From Candidatus Woesearchaeota archaeon (GTDB lineage Archaea; Nanobdellota; Nanobdellia; Woesearchaeales; GW2011-AR9), in contig JACPCD010000005.1 in assembly GCA_016179955.1 (NCBI GenBank), forward strand, positions 10,323 through 74,322: a DNA stretch of 64,000 nucleotides, in the 5' to 3' direction. Under the pieces are notes generated by a model. It made no database searches. It saw only the letters and a list, made by a program, of their open reading frames with translations, and was not told the DNA's origin. Numbering within the stretch: position 1 is the stretch's first letter; every line of letters starts with the position of its first letter. Shown one piece after another: positions 1 to 8,899 of this stretch. Made by a program: the position numbers and the translations under genes.

Positions 1-889
1 GAACTAATATGGTGAGTATCTTCTTCAGCGAAGGGCCAATTTTATATTTGTTGACTACGGCCAGCGGTACCATCACGACCGGAAAAACATAGGCCACCAT
101 TCGCAGCACGTTGGTGATAGAGGAATGGGCAGAATAAAAGCCCAGACTCTGGAAGTCAACCTTCGCACCAATCACAATTTCGCTGATGAAACTTAGCCAG
201 TAGAAGCCCGCTTGCACCAGGAATAGGGCTAAAGATAATTTTAAAAATTCCCTGTTTGAAAATGGTTGCTCTGTCGCTATTTCTTCTTTCTTCTTGTTCC
301 ATAAGTAGAGCAAGCTGATAGGAAGGAACGAAACTGCAAATGCTAACAGCACCATTATAAAGCTCCAGGAGAGGACGAAGGCTAGCAGGATGGCGGCAAT
401 GAAAATTAGGCGTTGCCACAGGGAATACCAGGACGCAGTGGAAAATCTCTTTTCTCCCCGTAGGATAGAATAGGTGGTGTAAAACAAAGTGTAGGTCACG
501 ATGAAGAGAATGACTGTTCCGTTAAAATATTTCAAATGCGGGTTAAGGTTAAAGTATTCCGTAACGACTACAGTTAAAGCAGTAAATATAATTGAAGATG
601 CAGATATCAGGTAAATATAATTTTTAAAGCTCTTTTGCAAGGTAATTTGTTTTCTTACGATGAGTTGGGTAAGGGCATAGGGAAAACCAAACGCAGTAAA
701 GAGGAAGGTCAGGTTGGTCAAGCTGAAAAAATAAGTAAATATTCCCAACTCCTCTTGCCCATAGAGTCTGGCGATTAGCACTTTGATTATAACAACTGTT
801 ATTGCAATAAGCCCATAAATAAAGAAGGTCTTAAACAGGTGCGATTGCGTTTCTCCCGGTTTAAGGAACTTTTTGGTCAAGTTGATCAT
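1..889 (-). CDS. MOP/Wzx-type polysaccharide flippase, N-terminal ~296 codons (3' end lies beyond the left window edge)
   Basis: Absent from the ORF track because it has no in-window stop. Hand translation from the ATG at 889 (MINLTKKFLKPGETQSHLFKTFFIYGLIAITVVIIKVLIARLYGQEELGIFTYFFSLTNLTFLFTAFGFPYALTQLIVRK...) stays open to position 1 and shows serial hydrophobic helices. ATGA start/stop overlap with the upstream gene at 886-889. Track ORF 156..419 is another frame of the same strand. Confidence 0.7.
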   Translation of the reverse strand, partial: MINLTKKFLKPGETQSHLFKTFFIYGLIAITVVIIKVLIARLYGQEELGIFTYFFSLTNLTFLFTAFGFPYALTQLIVRKQITLQKSFKNYIYLISASSIIFTALTVVVTEYFNLNPHLKYFNGTVILFIVTYTLFYTTYSILRGEKRFSTASWYSLWQRLIFIAAILLAFVLSWSFIMVLLAFAVSFLPISLLYLWNKKKEEIATEQPFSNREFLKLSLALFLVQAGFYWLSFISEIVIGAKVDFQSLGFYSAHSSITNVLRMVAYVFPVVMVPLAVVNKYKIGPSLKKILTILV

Positions 890-1341
890 TTTAAGAAAGT
901 TATAATCTTTTCGGGGATGGTGCAAAGAGGAGATTTATACTGGCCAAATCGATGTTTTTTAGCTTGGTTTAAACAAGACTCTAGCAATTCTACTTTATCG
1001 CAATAGCGCAGTGCCGAGGTTTCCTTGGCCATGGCCCGGAGATATTCCACTTGATGTCGCGGATCCGTCCTATCTCGGTTGGGAATAGCAATGAGTTTCT
1101 TTTTCAGCGTCAGCACTTCAAACACCACGCCCGGACCGCCATGGCTGATGACCAGTGACGCTTTCCGGTAATAGGGGGTTAGCGGGCTTTTGAAGGTGAA
1201 CCATTCACATTGGCGGGGCTTGTATTTCCCATGCCCTAATTGGATAATTACCTTATCTCTAATCTTTCCTCCCGCGACCAATTCATCTACTTTCTGCACC
1301 AATTCTTCAAACTTGCCATTTCCTACCGTAACGAAGATCAT
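886..1341 (-). CDS. Alg13-like glycosyltransferase subunit (GT28 C-terminal domain; PssE/Cps14G type)
   Basis: MIFVTVGNGKF... and ISHGGPGVVFEVL motifs typical of the Glyco_tran_28_C / Alg13 catalytic half. ATGA overlap with the Alg14-like gene at 1338-1341. Confidence 0.8.
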   Translation of the reverse strand: MIFVTVGNGKFEELVQKVDELVAGGKIRDKVIIQLGHGKYKPRQCEWFTFKSPLTPYYRKASLVISHGGPGVVFEVLTLKKKLIAIPNRDRTDPRHQVEYLRAMAKETSALRYCDKVELLESCLNQAKKHRFGQYKSPLCTIPEKIITFLK

Positions 1342-1820
1342 GACAGCCTCCCCGCAAAAATCGCTTTAGGATATACTTTTTTCAGGCTTTCCCACTGCAC
1401 AAAAAATAAGTCAGAAACTGGGTACACTAACCGTCCGGCCCAAGATTTATGGTGTACCCTCACCCAGGATTCAATGAAGATGGTCTTGATACCAATCATT
1501 TTCGCCAGCCAGAAGAGGGGTATCGCCAGGGAAGGGCCAGCGCTGAGGATTGCGTTCGGCTGAGAGTGCCTTAAAATTCTAAACCCGTCAAGAGTTGCCG
1601 GAAACATCTTAAAAAAAACCTTAACCAGAGAGTTATCCTTCATCAATCGCGGGTTTTTCATCGTATATACTTTTCCTTTGAAGTGAATCATATTTAAGGA
1701 AGTGGTATCATCGTGCCCCAAGACATATTCATATTCGTACCTTGGGCCAAGTCTCTGGACTACCTGCAACATCTGCGAGGTATGGCCGCCCATTCCCAGG
1801 ACGATGAGGAGCTTCTGCAT
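1338..1820 (-). CDS. Alg14-like membrane-anchor subunit of a split UDP-GlcNAc transferase (PssD/Cps14F type)
   Basis: LIVLGMGGHTSQML matches the Alg14 G-x-GGHT-x-x-M signature. Size is 160 aa. Translationally coupled to the Alg13-like gene. TATA box centred 27 nt upstream of the ATG. Confidence 0.8.
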   Translation of the reverse strand: MQKLLIVLGMGGHTSQMLQVVQRLGPRYEYEYVLGHDDTTSLNMIHFKGKVYTMKNPRLMKDNSLVKVFFKMFPATLDGFRILRHSQPNAILSAGPSLAIPLFWLAKMIGIKTIFIESWVRVHHKSWAGRLVYPVSDLFFVQWESLKKVYPKAIFAGRLS

Positions 1821-1843
1821 ATCGGTTCTCAGGTTTGATAATA

Positions 1844-1851
1844 TTTATAAA
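1844..1851 (-). promoter_or_regulatory. TATA-like box TTTATAAA (palindromic), 27 nt upstream of ATG 1820; may also serve the + gene at 1893 (45 nt away)
   Basis: Position measured by hand in the 72-nt divergent intergenic region. Confidence 0.5.
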
Positions 1852-1892
1852 GGTTTGGAAAGAGTAAATTACGCTATTATAGGGCTTTTTTA

Positions 1893-3677
1893 ATGGAAAA
1901 AAAGAAAGAAGAGTTGTCCATTCAGGGACCGGTTGGCCGGCAGAGCGAATTGCATAAAGAGGGTCCTGACCGTGCTTCCACCTCTCCCGCTAACAACAGT
2001 GAGGAGGGAGCAATATCCCGTAACTACGCTCGTTGGTCGGACCACGCCGCGGCGAAGATCTCCTCGTTTCTTAAAGATAAATATAACTTGGCATTTTTAG
2101 TGGTGTTATTTTTAGCTTTTCTGATCCGCCTGAAGTACATCGGACAGGAAAGCATCTGGAATGACGCAGCCGTGCATTTATGGTATGCGATTAAAGTAAC
2201 TCACCAGCCGCTTTTTATTTTTACTCAAGAATATCTGTTAGGTGATTATGCTACGGTTCAAACCTTAACCGCTTTTTTGTATTTGTTCACTAAGAATGTG
2301 TTGCTGGCAGGGCAAATCGTCGCTATGTTTTATGCGATTATCGGAATCATATTCATGTATCTTTTAGGAACTGAAATACGCAGCCGATTTACGGGATTGA
2401 TGGCGGCAACCTTATTAGCGTTTAATCATCTTTTTTGGTTTTACAGTGCTCGTCCGTTGGGAGATTCGCCACTTCTAGTTACTACCATTGTCCTTCTGTA
2501 TTGTATGGTCAGGTTGGAAAAAGAGAAAACTCTCCGCTGGGGGATACTCAGTGGGGTTATGTTTTTAGCAGCCATGTTTACAAAGCAACAATCTGTTCTT
2601 TACATCTTCGCCTTAGTGATTTATGTGCTTTTGTTTAGACGAAAGGAAATGTTCAAAAATAAGGCCTTGCTCGCCTCTTGGCTCATTCCCGTGGTTTCCA
2701 TACTTATTGCCCATGTTGTTGGAAAAATTTTCTTTCATGCAAAAGTTTTAGATCGGATCTTCAAACTATTCTTTGATTTGCGGGGTCTGCCATTTGGATT
2801 CGAAGCAGCCGGCATGCTGCAATGGATATTTTCGTGGTACCTGATTCCTTTTGTTATTATCGGGGCTTTGCTGGTCATTTTCTACCGAGAGAAAAAGTAC
2901 TATTTTGGACTGACCCTTTTTGCATTTTATTATCTGTTCTTTGAGGTAAATGTTGATAATACCCAAGATCGCTATGTTCTCCCGTTGTTTTCCATCGCCA
3001 TACTCTTGGCAGTCTTCGCCTTGGAAGAAATAAGCACTTACATCTCCATGTTTATCCATAAGTTTGCCAAACCAATTATCGTCATTGTCGTAGTCATTTT
3101 CATTAGCTGGAATTATTATCAGGTAGGCGATGCTCTCAATTATAATAAATCTTTTAGTTATTTGGGCTATCAGGAAGCGGGGCAATGGATGAAAGAGAAT
3201 GTTCCTGCCAAAGATCCCATCTTTGTCGGTGAGTATCGCTCGATACGTGCTTTCTCCGAGAGAGAATTTGGTGGCCCTATGCTGGAAGATTACGGCGGTA
3301 ATATCATTAATCTGCGCTCACCATACCGCTACAGCACCGAAGGGGTCAAACCCAAAGAGGAAGAGCAGAGAAACTTTGAAGAAGATATTTTGGTCTTATC
3401 GCAAAGTCGTGATATCTATCTTGAAATTGACATCTGGGAATACGCCCAGCCGACCTGGTACTGGCCCTTATCGCAGGCAAGCCTGGATTATTTCGTAAGC
3501 CTCGGGTTTTATCCCGTCAAGATAATCGAACGGCCGGTGTTGACCAAGGATGGGCCAAAAACCATTCCAGTCATCTTTATTTTAAAGAAAGACCGTACCG
3601 GAACAACGGCCAATGGTTCTCTCCTACAGACAGCAGTTAATGATGAAACACAATGGCGGCAAAAGTTTCTCAATTAG
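1893..3677 (+). CDS. GT-C fold membrane glycosyltransferase (GT39/ArnT/PMT-like)
   Basis: 594 aa. Hydrophilic ~60-aa N-terminus, then more than 10 hydrophobic helices. Acidic first-loop motif (ESIWNDAAVH). Soluble C-terminal ~150 aa. Confidence 0.65.
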   Translation: MEKKKEELSIQGPVGRQSELHKEGPDRASTSPANNSEEGAISRNYARWSDHAAAKISSFLKDKYNLAFLVVLFLAFLIRLKYIGQESIWNDAAVHLWYAIKVTHQPLFIFTQEYLLGDYATVQTLTAFLYLFTKNVLLAGQIVAMFYAIIGIIFMYLLGTEIRSRFTGLMAATLLAFNHLFWFYSARPLGDSPLLVTTIVLLYCMVRLEKEKTLRWGILSGVMFLAAMFTKQQSVLYIFALVIYVLLFRRKEMFKNKALLASWLIPVVSILIAHVVGKIFFHAKVLDRIFKLFFDLRGLPFGFEAAGMLQWIFSWYLIPFVIIGALLVIFYREKKYYFGLTLFAFYYLFFEVNVDNTQDRYVLPLFSIAILLAVFALEEISTYISMFIHKFAKPIIVIVVVIFISWNYYQVGDALNYNKSFSYLGYQEAGQWMKENVPAKDPIFVGEYRSIRAFSEREFGGPMLEDYGGNIINLRSPYRYSTEGVKPKEEEQRNFEEDILVLSQSRDIYLEIDIWEYAQPTWYWPLSQASLDYFVSLGFYPVKIIERPVLTKDGPKTIPVIFILKKDRTGTTANGSLLQTAVNDETQWRQKFLN

Positions 3678-4573
3678 CCACGATCCAAGTCGATCTGGAC
3701 GGGTTATGGACCAATCTGCAGTATTATGGGCATGACGCGCCCGTAAGCCCCGATATCGTATTTACGTCGGGATTGCGCCGTTATCTGGATCTCTTTGAGG
3801 AATTAGGCATAAAAGCAACTTTTTTTGTGATCGGGAAAGATGTTGGCATTCCGGAAAAAAAAGTCTTGCTTCAGGAAGCTCATGAAAAAGGGCATGAATT
3901 GGCCAATCATACATTTACACACCCCTTTGGTTTCCGCAAATTATCAGCATCGCAACAACAGGCCGAGATTGAGCAAGGGGAAAGAGCTATAGGTTCCATT
4001 ACCGGCAAAAAGCCACGTGGATTCAAAGCGCCAGGGTATGATGTTGACACCAAAATATTATCCTTACTTGCAGAAAAAGGGTATCTTTATGATTCCTCTG
4101 TTATCCCCACCCCGGCATATCCTCTTTTAATGAAAATAAATAGTATTCTCACCCGCAGTGTCTCTCGAAACCATGGCCCGCGGTGGAGTTGGGGAATGGC
4201 TCCCAATGCACCCTATCATCCTTCGTCAAAAAAGGTCTGGAGGAAGGGAAATAATCCACTCTTGGAATTGCCGTGTACCACCTTTCCCGTACTACGAATC
4301 CCTATCCATGCCACCTTTGCCGTAAAATTAGGATACCCTTTTTTCCGAGGGGCATTAGAAGTCGTAAAGAAAAGGGCTATTCCTTTAAATTATGAATTTC
4401 ATGCTGCCGACCTGTCTGACACTATCATCGACTCACGTCTGGGGCACCTGCAAGGGATCCCAATAGAAAAAAGAATGGCTTTAGTACGAAAGATGTTAGC
4501 AGCTATCTCCACCAATTATGAGCTTCGGACTTCTATTGAGTTGGCTCAGGAGTTTATCACCCATGGCCATTGA
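3653..4573 (+). CDS. Polysaccharide deacetylase (CE4 / NodB-homology)
   Basis: KATFFVIGKDV and ELANHTFTHP motifs (NodB metal/catalytic motifs). Directly upstream of a FemAB-like gene, as in EPS loci. Confidence 0.85.
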   Translation: MAAKVSQLATIQVDLDGLWTNLQYYGHDAPVSPDIVFTSGLRRYLDLFEELGIKATFFVIGKDVGIPEKKVLLQEAHEKGHELANHTFTHPFGFRKLSASQQQAEIEQGERAIGSITGKKPRGFKAPGYDVDTKILSLLAEKGYLYDSSVIPTPAYPLLMKINSILTRSVSRNHGPRWSWGMAPNAPYHPSSKKVWRKGNNPLLELPCTTFPVLRIPIHATFAVKLGYPFFRGALEVVKKRAIPLNYEFHAADLSDTIIDSRLGHLQGIPIEKRMALVRKMLAAISTNYELRTSIELAQEFITHGH

Positions 4574-5615
4574 ACTATTAACTCCACACACTGAATCGGA
4601 ATATGCAAGGTACGTCGAGCATCATCCTCGTGGAACTATAGAATTTTTAGTAGGATGGCGAGACTTATTGCAAACAAATTTTAAGTTTAAACCAGTCTAC
4701 CTCATACGAAAAAATTCTAAAGAAGTTATTGATGGAGTTCTTCCTTTGTCTTTAGCAAAGAGTATTTTTGGTACGCGGCTTGTATCCCTGCCCTATGCAG
4801 TTTCAGCAGGTGTATTGGCTGATTCTGAAGAAGCACTCAAAGAATTAGTATCTTTTGCCGAAGAGTTGGCCCGAACTGAAAAAGTCGATTTTATAGAGAT
4901 TCGTGAATCTGAAAAAGCAACACTTTATCCGGCATCTTTTCGTTGCTCCCAAAGCGTCTTCTCTTTTTCTTTAGCCTTAAGTCCAGATGTTGATGCGGTC
5001 TGGAAAAAACTTCCTAAAGGGAGCGTCCGCTGGGGTATAAAGAAAGCGGAAAAAAGCGGATTAACCCAGAGGCATGGAAACTCCAAAGAATACCTCGATG
5101 ATTTTTATCAGCTCTTCCTGCAAACCAGGAAATATCGTGGCGTTCCAGCCTACCCCTATTCTTATTTAAAAGGGATCATGGACTTATTTAGTGATAAAGC
5201 CCGTATTTACATCGCTGATTATAACCAAAAACCGGTTGCCGGGATACTTTTATTATATTATAAACAGGAAGTGCGTTACGCTTTTGCTGGTGCGATACCC
5301 CATCCTAAAATATTGCAGTTGCAGCCGTACCATTTACTCTTATGGCCGGCAGTTAAAGATGCTTGTGAGCGCGGATATACTGTGTTTAATTTTGGGGGCG
5401 CAGCCCTTACCACCAATGACGGGGGATTATATGAATTTAAGAAGAAATGGGCTGATAAAATCACCCCTATAGAATCTTATGTTTATACTCCTAAAAAAAA
5501 ATACGTGCCCCCGTCAGAAAGCCCGTTATTTAAGATGGCTGGAAAGCTATGGCAACATCTTCCTATTCCCATAGTTAAAGCAGTTAGCCCTTATGTTATT
5601 CGTCAGTTCGTTTAA
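4563..5615 (+). CDS. FemAB-family (GNAT-fold) aminoacyl/peptidyl transferase-like protein, paralog 1
   Basis: FNFGGAALTTNDGGLYEFKKKWA and C-terminal ...SPYVIRQFV are shared with paralogs at 13753 and 59548. The track start at 4518 overlaps the deacetylase by 55 nt; ATG 4563 (MAIELL...) overlaps by only 11 nt. Confidence 0.75.
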   Translation: MAIELLTPHTESEYARYVEHHPRGTIEFLVGWRDLLQTNFKFKPVYLIRKNSKEVIDGVLPLSLAKSIFGTRLVSLPYAVSAGVLADSEEALKELVSFAEELARTEKVDFIEIRESEKATLYPASFRCSQSVFSFSLALSPDVDAVWKKLPKGSVRWGIKKAEKSGLTQRHGNSKEYLDDFYQLFLQTRKYRGVPAYPYSYLKGIMDLFSDKARIYIADYNQKPVAGILLLYYKQEVRYAFAGAIPHPKILQLQPYHLLLWPAVKDACERGYTVFNFGGAALTTNDGGLYEFKKKWADKITPIESYVYTPKKKYVPPSESPLFKMAGKLWQHLPIPIVKAVSPYVIRQFV

Positions 5616-5620
5616 ATAAA

Positions 5621-5704
5621 ATGGCAAACTACAAAATATCTTTCCTGCAAAAGGAAGAGTACCATCATTATGTTCATTTGCCAGAAGAAAACCGGTTGGA
5701 GTAA
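5621..5704 (+). pseudogene. 27-codon remnant of a FemAB-like gene 5' end (MANYKISFLQKEEYHHYVHLPEENRLE*)
   Basis: Hand alignment with the start of the 13753 gene (MENYKISFLQEQDYGKY...): 10/14 aa and 33/42 nt identical over the first 14 codons. Similarity then decays and a stop follows at 5702-5704. Confidence 0.55.
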
Positions 5705-5708
5705 TAGA

Positions 5709-6422
5709 ATGAATACTAAAATTACAGTCGATGAAAATGAATTGCGTACGAAATGCCGATGGCCGAGAAACCCAGGCATTCTAGGGGATAAAATGATGGA
5801 TGAACTAGGGGTATATCTAGCGAAGCTACTCTTACATACCGCTATTGCCCCTAACCACTTGACGATTATGGGCTTATTTTCGGGTCTTATTGGTGTGGGG
5901 TTGCTTACTTTTCCTAATTATCTAATCGTTGGAATAGGATACCTCTTGATATTCCTTTTCGGGGTTATAGATTACACTGACGGTGTCATCGCGAGATATA
6001 AAAATATAGCTTCTGAGAAAGGGAAGTATTATGATGATTTAGGGCACTTCATTCCTCCCCTCATTTTTCTGGCAGTTGGGATACACATTCTTAACACTAC
6101 CGGGAACGTAACTGCAGTTATTTTAGGCGGGCTCTCATCATTTATGTACGTGAGTATTGACTTCAATGCAAAATTAATGAATCTCATCACTGGTGAAAAA
6201 AAGCATCAGCTTTATTTAACAGGTGCATCTCCCATCAGGTCCGCGATATTAAAGATACAGAAAAACCTCACTTTTGGGGTCCATATAATCATACTCTTCG
6301 GTATAGCTACCCTTGCAGAATATTTTATTCCTGAGAGTAGTTTCTACATGTTGCTATTTTTTGCTCCGTTCCTTACTCTTACTTTTTTTGCTCAGACATT
6401 TTTCTATTCTAGAAAACTATAA
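5709..6422 (+). CDS. CDP-alcohol phosphatidyltransferase-family membrane transferase
   Basis: DYTDGVIARYKNIASEKGKYYDDLGH fits D-x2-DG-x2-AR-x8-G-x3-D, but the last Asp position is His. Multi-TM. The track start at 5670 overlaps the remnant; ATG 5709 sits just after the remnant stop. Confidence 0.75.
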   Translation: MNTKITVDENELRTKCRWPRNPGILGDKMMDELGVYLAKLLLHTAIAPNHLTIMGLFSGLIGVGLLTFPNYLIVGIGYLLIFLFGVIDYTDGVIARYKNIASEKGKYYDDLGHFIPPLIFLAVGIHILNTTGNVTAVILGGLSSFMYVSIDFNAKLMNLITGEKKHQLYLTGASPIRSAILKIQKNLTFGVHIIILFGIATLAEYFIPESSFYMLLFFAPFLTLTFFAQTFFYSRKL

Positions 6423-6469
6423 ATTTTTGAGCGATTATTCCAATTTTTCTTATTTCTGTTTATTAAAAT

Positions 6470-7627
6470 TTAACTAATGCGCCGCAGGATGGTGCGCAAA
6501 GATTTTTCTGTAAGCTCCCGTGGATTGTTCTTTACCCTTTCCTGATTAAATCCATTGGCAACAATAATGTCGTGATCTTCCGGGGTGGTTATGTTAAGCA
6601 TGGCCAGTTTTCTGGTAAGTTCGATCTGATCCATAAGCTGGTTTATCTTTTGTTGCATCTCCTCTGGTGTCTGGACCCGAAAGATCGAACACAAATCGTC
6701 CATAGTTTTTTTAACATAGGCCGGTCCTCTTGTATCCAGACAATCTTCAGCATTTATTCCTGTATTATAAAGAGAAATTTCTCCTAAAGTCAAGGCACAG
6801 GCATGACCATGAGCAATGCCAAAATAAGATGTTAGGGGATAAGAGATGGAGTGGCAGGCGGTAGTTTTGGAAACATTTATCGCCTTGCCCGCAAGATTAG
6901 CTGCTTTCATCATGGCCGCACGATGTTGCAGTGAAGGATTAGTGACTGCAGATTTTAAATTATCTAAAACAATAGTAATTGCCTGCCGAGCGTAATCTTT
7001 TGATTCTTCTGTTGACTGATTGGACCAGTAGGATTCGACCGCATGACACAAAGCATCTATCCCGGTAGAAGCAGTAATATTCTTAGGCAAATTTAAAGTA
7101 AGGGTTGGTTCCAGGAATACATATTCTGGCAGCATCCATTCCTGATGAGCCAGAGAATATTTTTTTTTATGGATATAAACCACCGCAAAATGGGTTGCTT
7201 CAGAACCAGTTCCAGCAGTGGTGGGGATAGCAATCAGTGGTTTTGGTTTTTGGCTTGGCTCAATCTCTTTTTTGATATACCTCTCTGGTTCTTCCGGTTC
7301 CGCCACCAGAAAATTAATTGATTTGGCCATGTCCATGACGCTTCCTCCACCAATTGCAATAGCCAGATCGCTTTCAGCCTGTCGGAATAAAGCTATTCCT
7401 TTCTTAATGTCTTCAAGTTGCGGGTTGAGTGAAAAATCAGAGAAAGTAGTTACTTTATAAGCAGAAAGAAGCGGCTCCATCATTTCTTGTGCCCTTGAAT
7501 GTTGGTAAGAAATTTTACCAGTTACTAGAAATATTGAGGAAGGTTTTTCCTGTTCTAATACTTTTTTGAGACCAGCCAGGCTTCCTGAACCAACATATTC
7601 TTGCTGCATTTTTTGCATTTCAAGCAT
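6470..7627 (-). CDS. Iron-containing (group III) alcohol dehydrogenase; by context, phosphonoacetaldehyde reductase (makes 2-hydroxyethylphosphonate)
   Basis: 385 aa Fe-ADH architecture (GGGSVMDMAK glycine motif, His-rich metal region HAVESY...HGHACA). Lies 4 nt downstream of ppd on the same strand. Confidence 0.7.
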   Translation of the reverse strand: MLEMQKMQQEYVGSGSLAGLKKVLEQEKPSSIFLVTGKISYQHSRAQEMMEPLLSAYKVTTFSDFSLNPQLEDIKKGIALFRQAESDLAIAIGGGSVMDMAKSINFLVAEPEEPERYIKKEIEPSQKPKPLIAIPTTAGTGSEATHFAVVYIHKKKYSLAHQEWMLPEYVFLEPTLTLNLPKNITASTGIDALCHAVESYWSNQSTEESKDYARQAITIVLDNLKSAVTNPSLQHRAAMMKAANLAGKAINVSKTTACHSISYPLTSYFGIAHGHACALTLGEISLYNTGINAEDCLDTRGPAYVKKTMDDLCSIFRVQTPEEMQQKINQLMDQIELTRKLAMLNITTPEDHDIIVANGFNQERVKNNPRELTEKSLRTILRRIS

Positions 7628-7631
7628 CTCT

Positions 7632-8765
7632 TCATCTTTGAATAAATTCCATGAATTTATTTTTATTTTCCATCGGAGATTGCGTGGGCCGTCCTAGATC
7701 CTTACGCGCGCCTTTATTGCAGCGTATCTCTAATAATGCCGGACCTTTCCCTTGCTTAATTGTTAGTAATTCCTCCCGTATCTCCGTCGCATTCTCAGCA
7801 CTACAAAATGTTTTATACCCATTAGCTTTCGCTATTCCGGGAATATCAATAGCATTAGCGGCGGTAGGCTGTCCGCCAACGGAGTCATGGGCAAAATTGT
7901 TGAAAATGATATGGTTAAAGTTTGCTGGTCGTAATTTTCCGATGGTTGAAAGAACTCCCATATGCATAATTAAAGCTCCGTCCCCATCAAAACAATATAC
8001 TCTTTGATTCGGCTTCTGGAGAGCGATGCCTAAAGCGATGGATGAAGAATGCCCCATCGATCCGACAGTTAAGAAATCTTGGTGGTGTCCATGTCCTGCT
8101 GCTTTCCGAAACTCAAATAATTCCCGTGAGGTTTTTCCCGTGGTAGAGACAATGATATCACCTTTATCAAGAAGCGAGGCTACCAATTTAATTGCTTCCT
8201 CCCGAATCAAGGGGAAATGAGTCTCCTGTTTCGTTTTCAATGAATAGGAATCAAATGTCCCCTCTCGAACTACGAAAGCATAAGGAGTTTTAGTATTGTC
8301 CAAATGTTCAGCCGCTTTTTGTACTTCTTTTTTCACTTCCTCTTCACTTTCAGGAAGGATAGCATACGGAATTTCTAACACCTCCAGCAACGGCAAAGTT
8401 ATTCTGCCCATCTTGCGATGCTGCGGCTCATCTTTTTTTCCTGCTTCGCCCCGCCATCCGATGAGCAGCAGCAGCGGTAAGGAATAAATTTCTTTATCGG
8501 TAAGCGAGGTTAGAGGATTAATACAATTGCCTAATCCCGAATTCTGTAAATAAACTACGCCCACTCTTCCTGTTGCTAAATGATAGCCTGCGGCTAAGGC
8601 AATGGCATTTCCTTCATTGGCAGCAATGATATTATTTTTTGAAGAAGTATTATCTGTAACGTACGCACAGAAATCTTTCAACAGGGAATCAGGGACGCCA
8701 GCGTAAAAAGAAAAGCCGTGTCCATGCAATAGATTAAAAAAGTATTGCGGTGAAATCATCTCCAT
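7632..8765 (-). CDS. ppd: Phosphonopyruvate decarboxylase (TPP-dependent)
   Basis: N-terminus ...FFNLLHGHGFSFYAGVPDSLLKDF and TPP motif GDGALIMHMG...x...NN. Sits in a locus with PEP mutase. TATA geometry favours Met3 (ATG 8759) as a leaderless start. Confidence 0.85.
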   Translation of the reverse strand: MEMISPQYFFNLLHGHGFSFYAGVPDSLLKDFCAYVTDNTSSKNNIIAANEGNAIALAAGYHLATGRVGVVYLQNSGLGNCINPLTSLTDKEIYSLPLLLLIGWRGEAGKKDEPQHRKMGRITLPLLEVLEIPYAILPESEEEVKKEVQKAAEHLDNTKTPYAFVVREGTFDSYSLKTKQETHFPLIREEAIKLVASLLDKGDIIVSTTGKTSRELFEFRKAAGHGHHQDFLTVGSMGHSSSIALGIALQKPNQRVYCFDGDGALIMHMGVLSTIGKLRPANFNHIIFNNFAHDSVGGQPTAANAIDIPGIAKANGYKTFCSAENATEIREELLTIKQGKGPALLEIRCNKGARKDLGRPTQSPMENKNKFMEFIQR

Positions 8766-8781
8766 TCAGAGAAATATGCCG

Positions 8782-8789
8782 TTTATAAA
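8782..8789 (-). promoter_or_regulatory. TATA-like box TTTATAAA for the ppd-adh operon
   Basis: Centre is 26.5 nt from ATG 8759 (Met3) and 20.5 nt from ATG 8765. Confidence 0.5.
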
Positions 8790-8868
8790 AGTGATGAAAC
8801 GTGTTTCCCCATTAAATCTGTTGTCTTTAGGACTTGACAAACCCCAAGTTCGCAAGAAAATCATAACC

Positions 8869-8876
8869 TTTAAATA
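8869..8876 (+). promoter_or_regulatory. TATA-like box TTTAAATA for the radical SAM gene
   Basis: Centre is 27.5 nt upstream of ATG 8900. Confidence 0.55.
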
Positions 8877-8899
8877 TTCTCAAACTTCTTCAACTTTTA

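Noticed and set aside
156-419. Track ORF of 87 aa on the minus strand
   Set aside because: It is an alternative frame, starting at a GTG, inside the longer open frame 1..889. That longer frame encodes a coherent multi-helix Wzx-like protein, so this ORF is a frame artefact.
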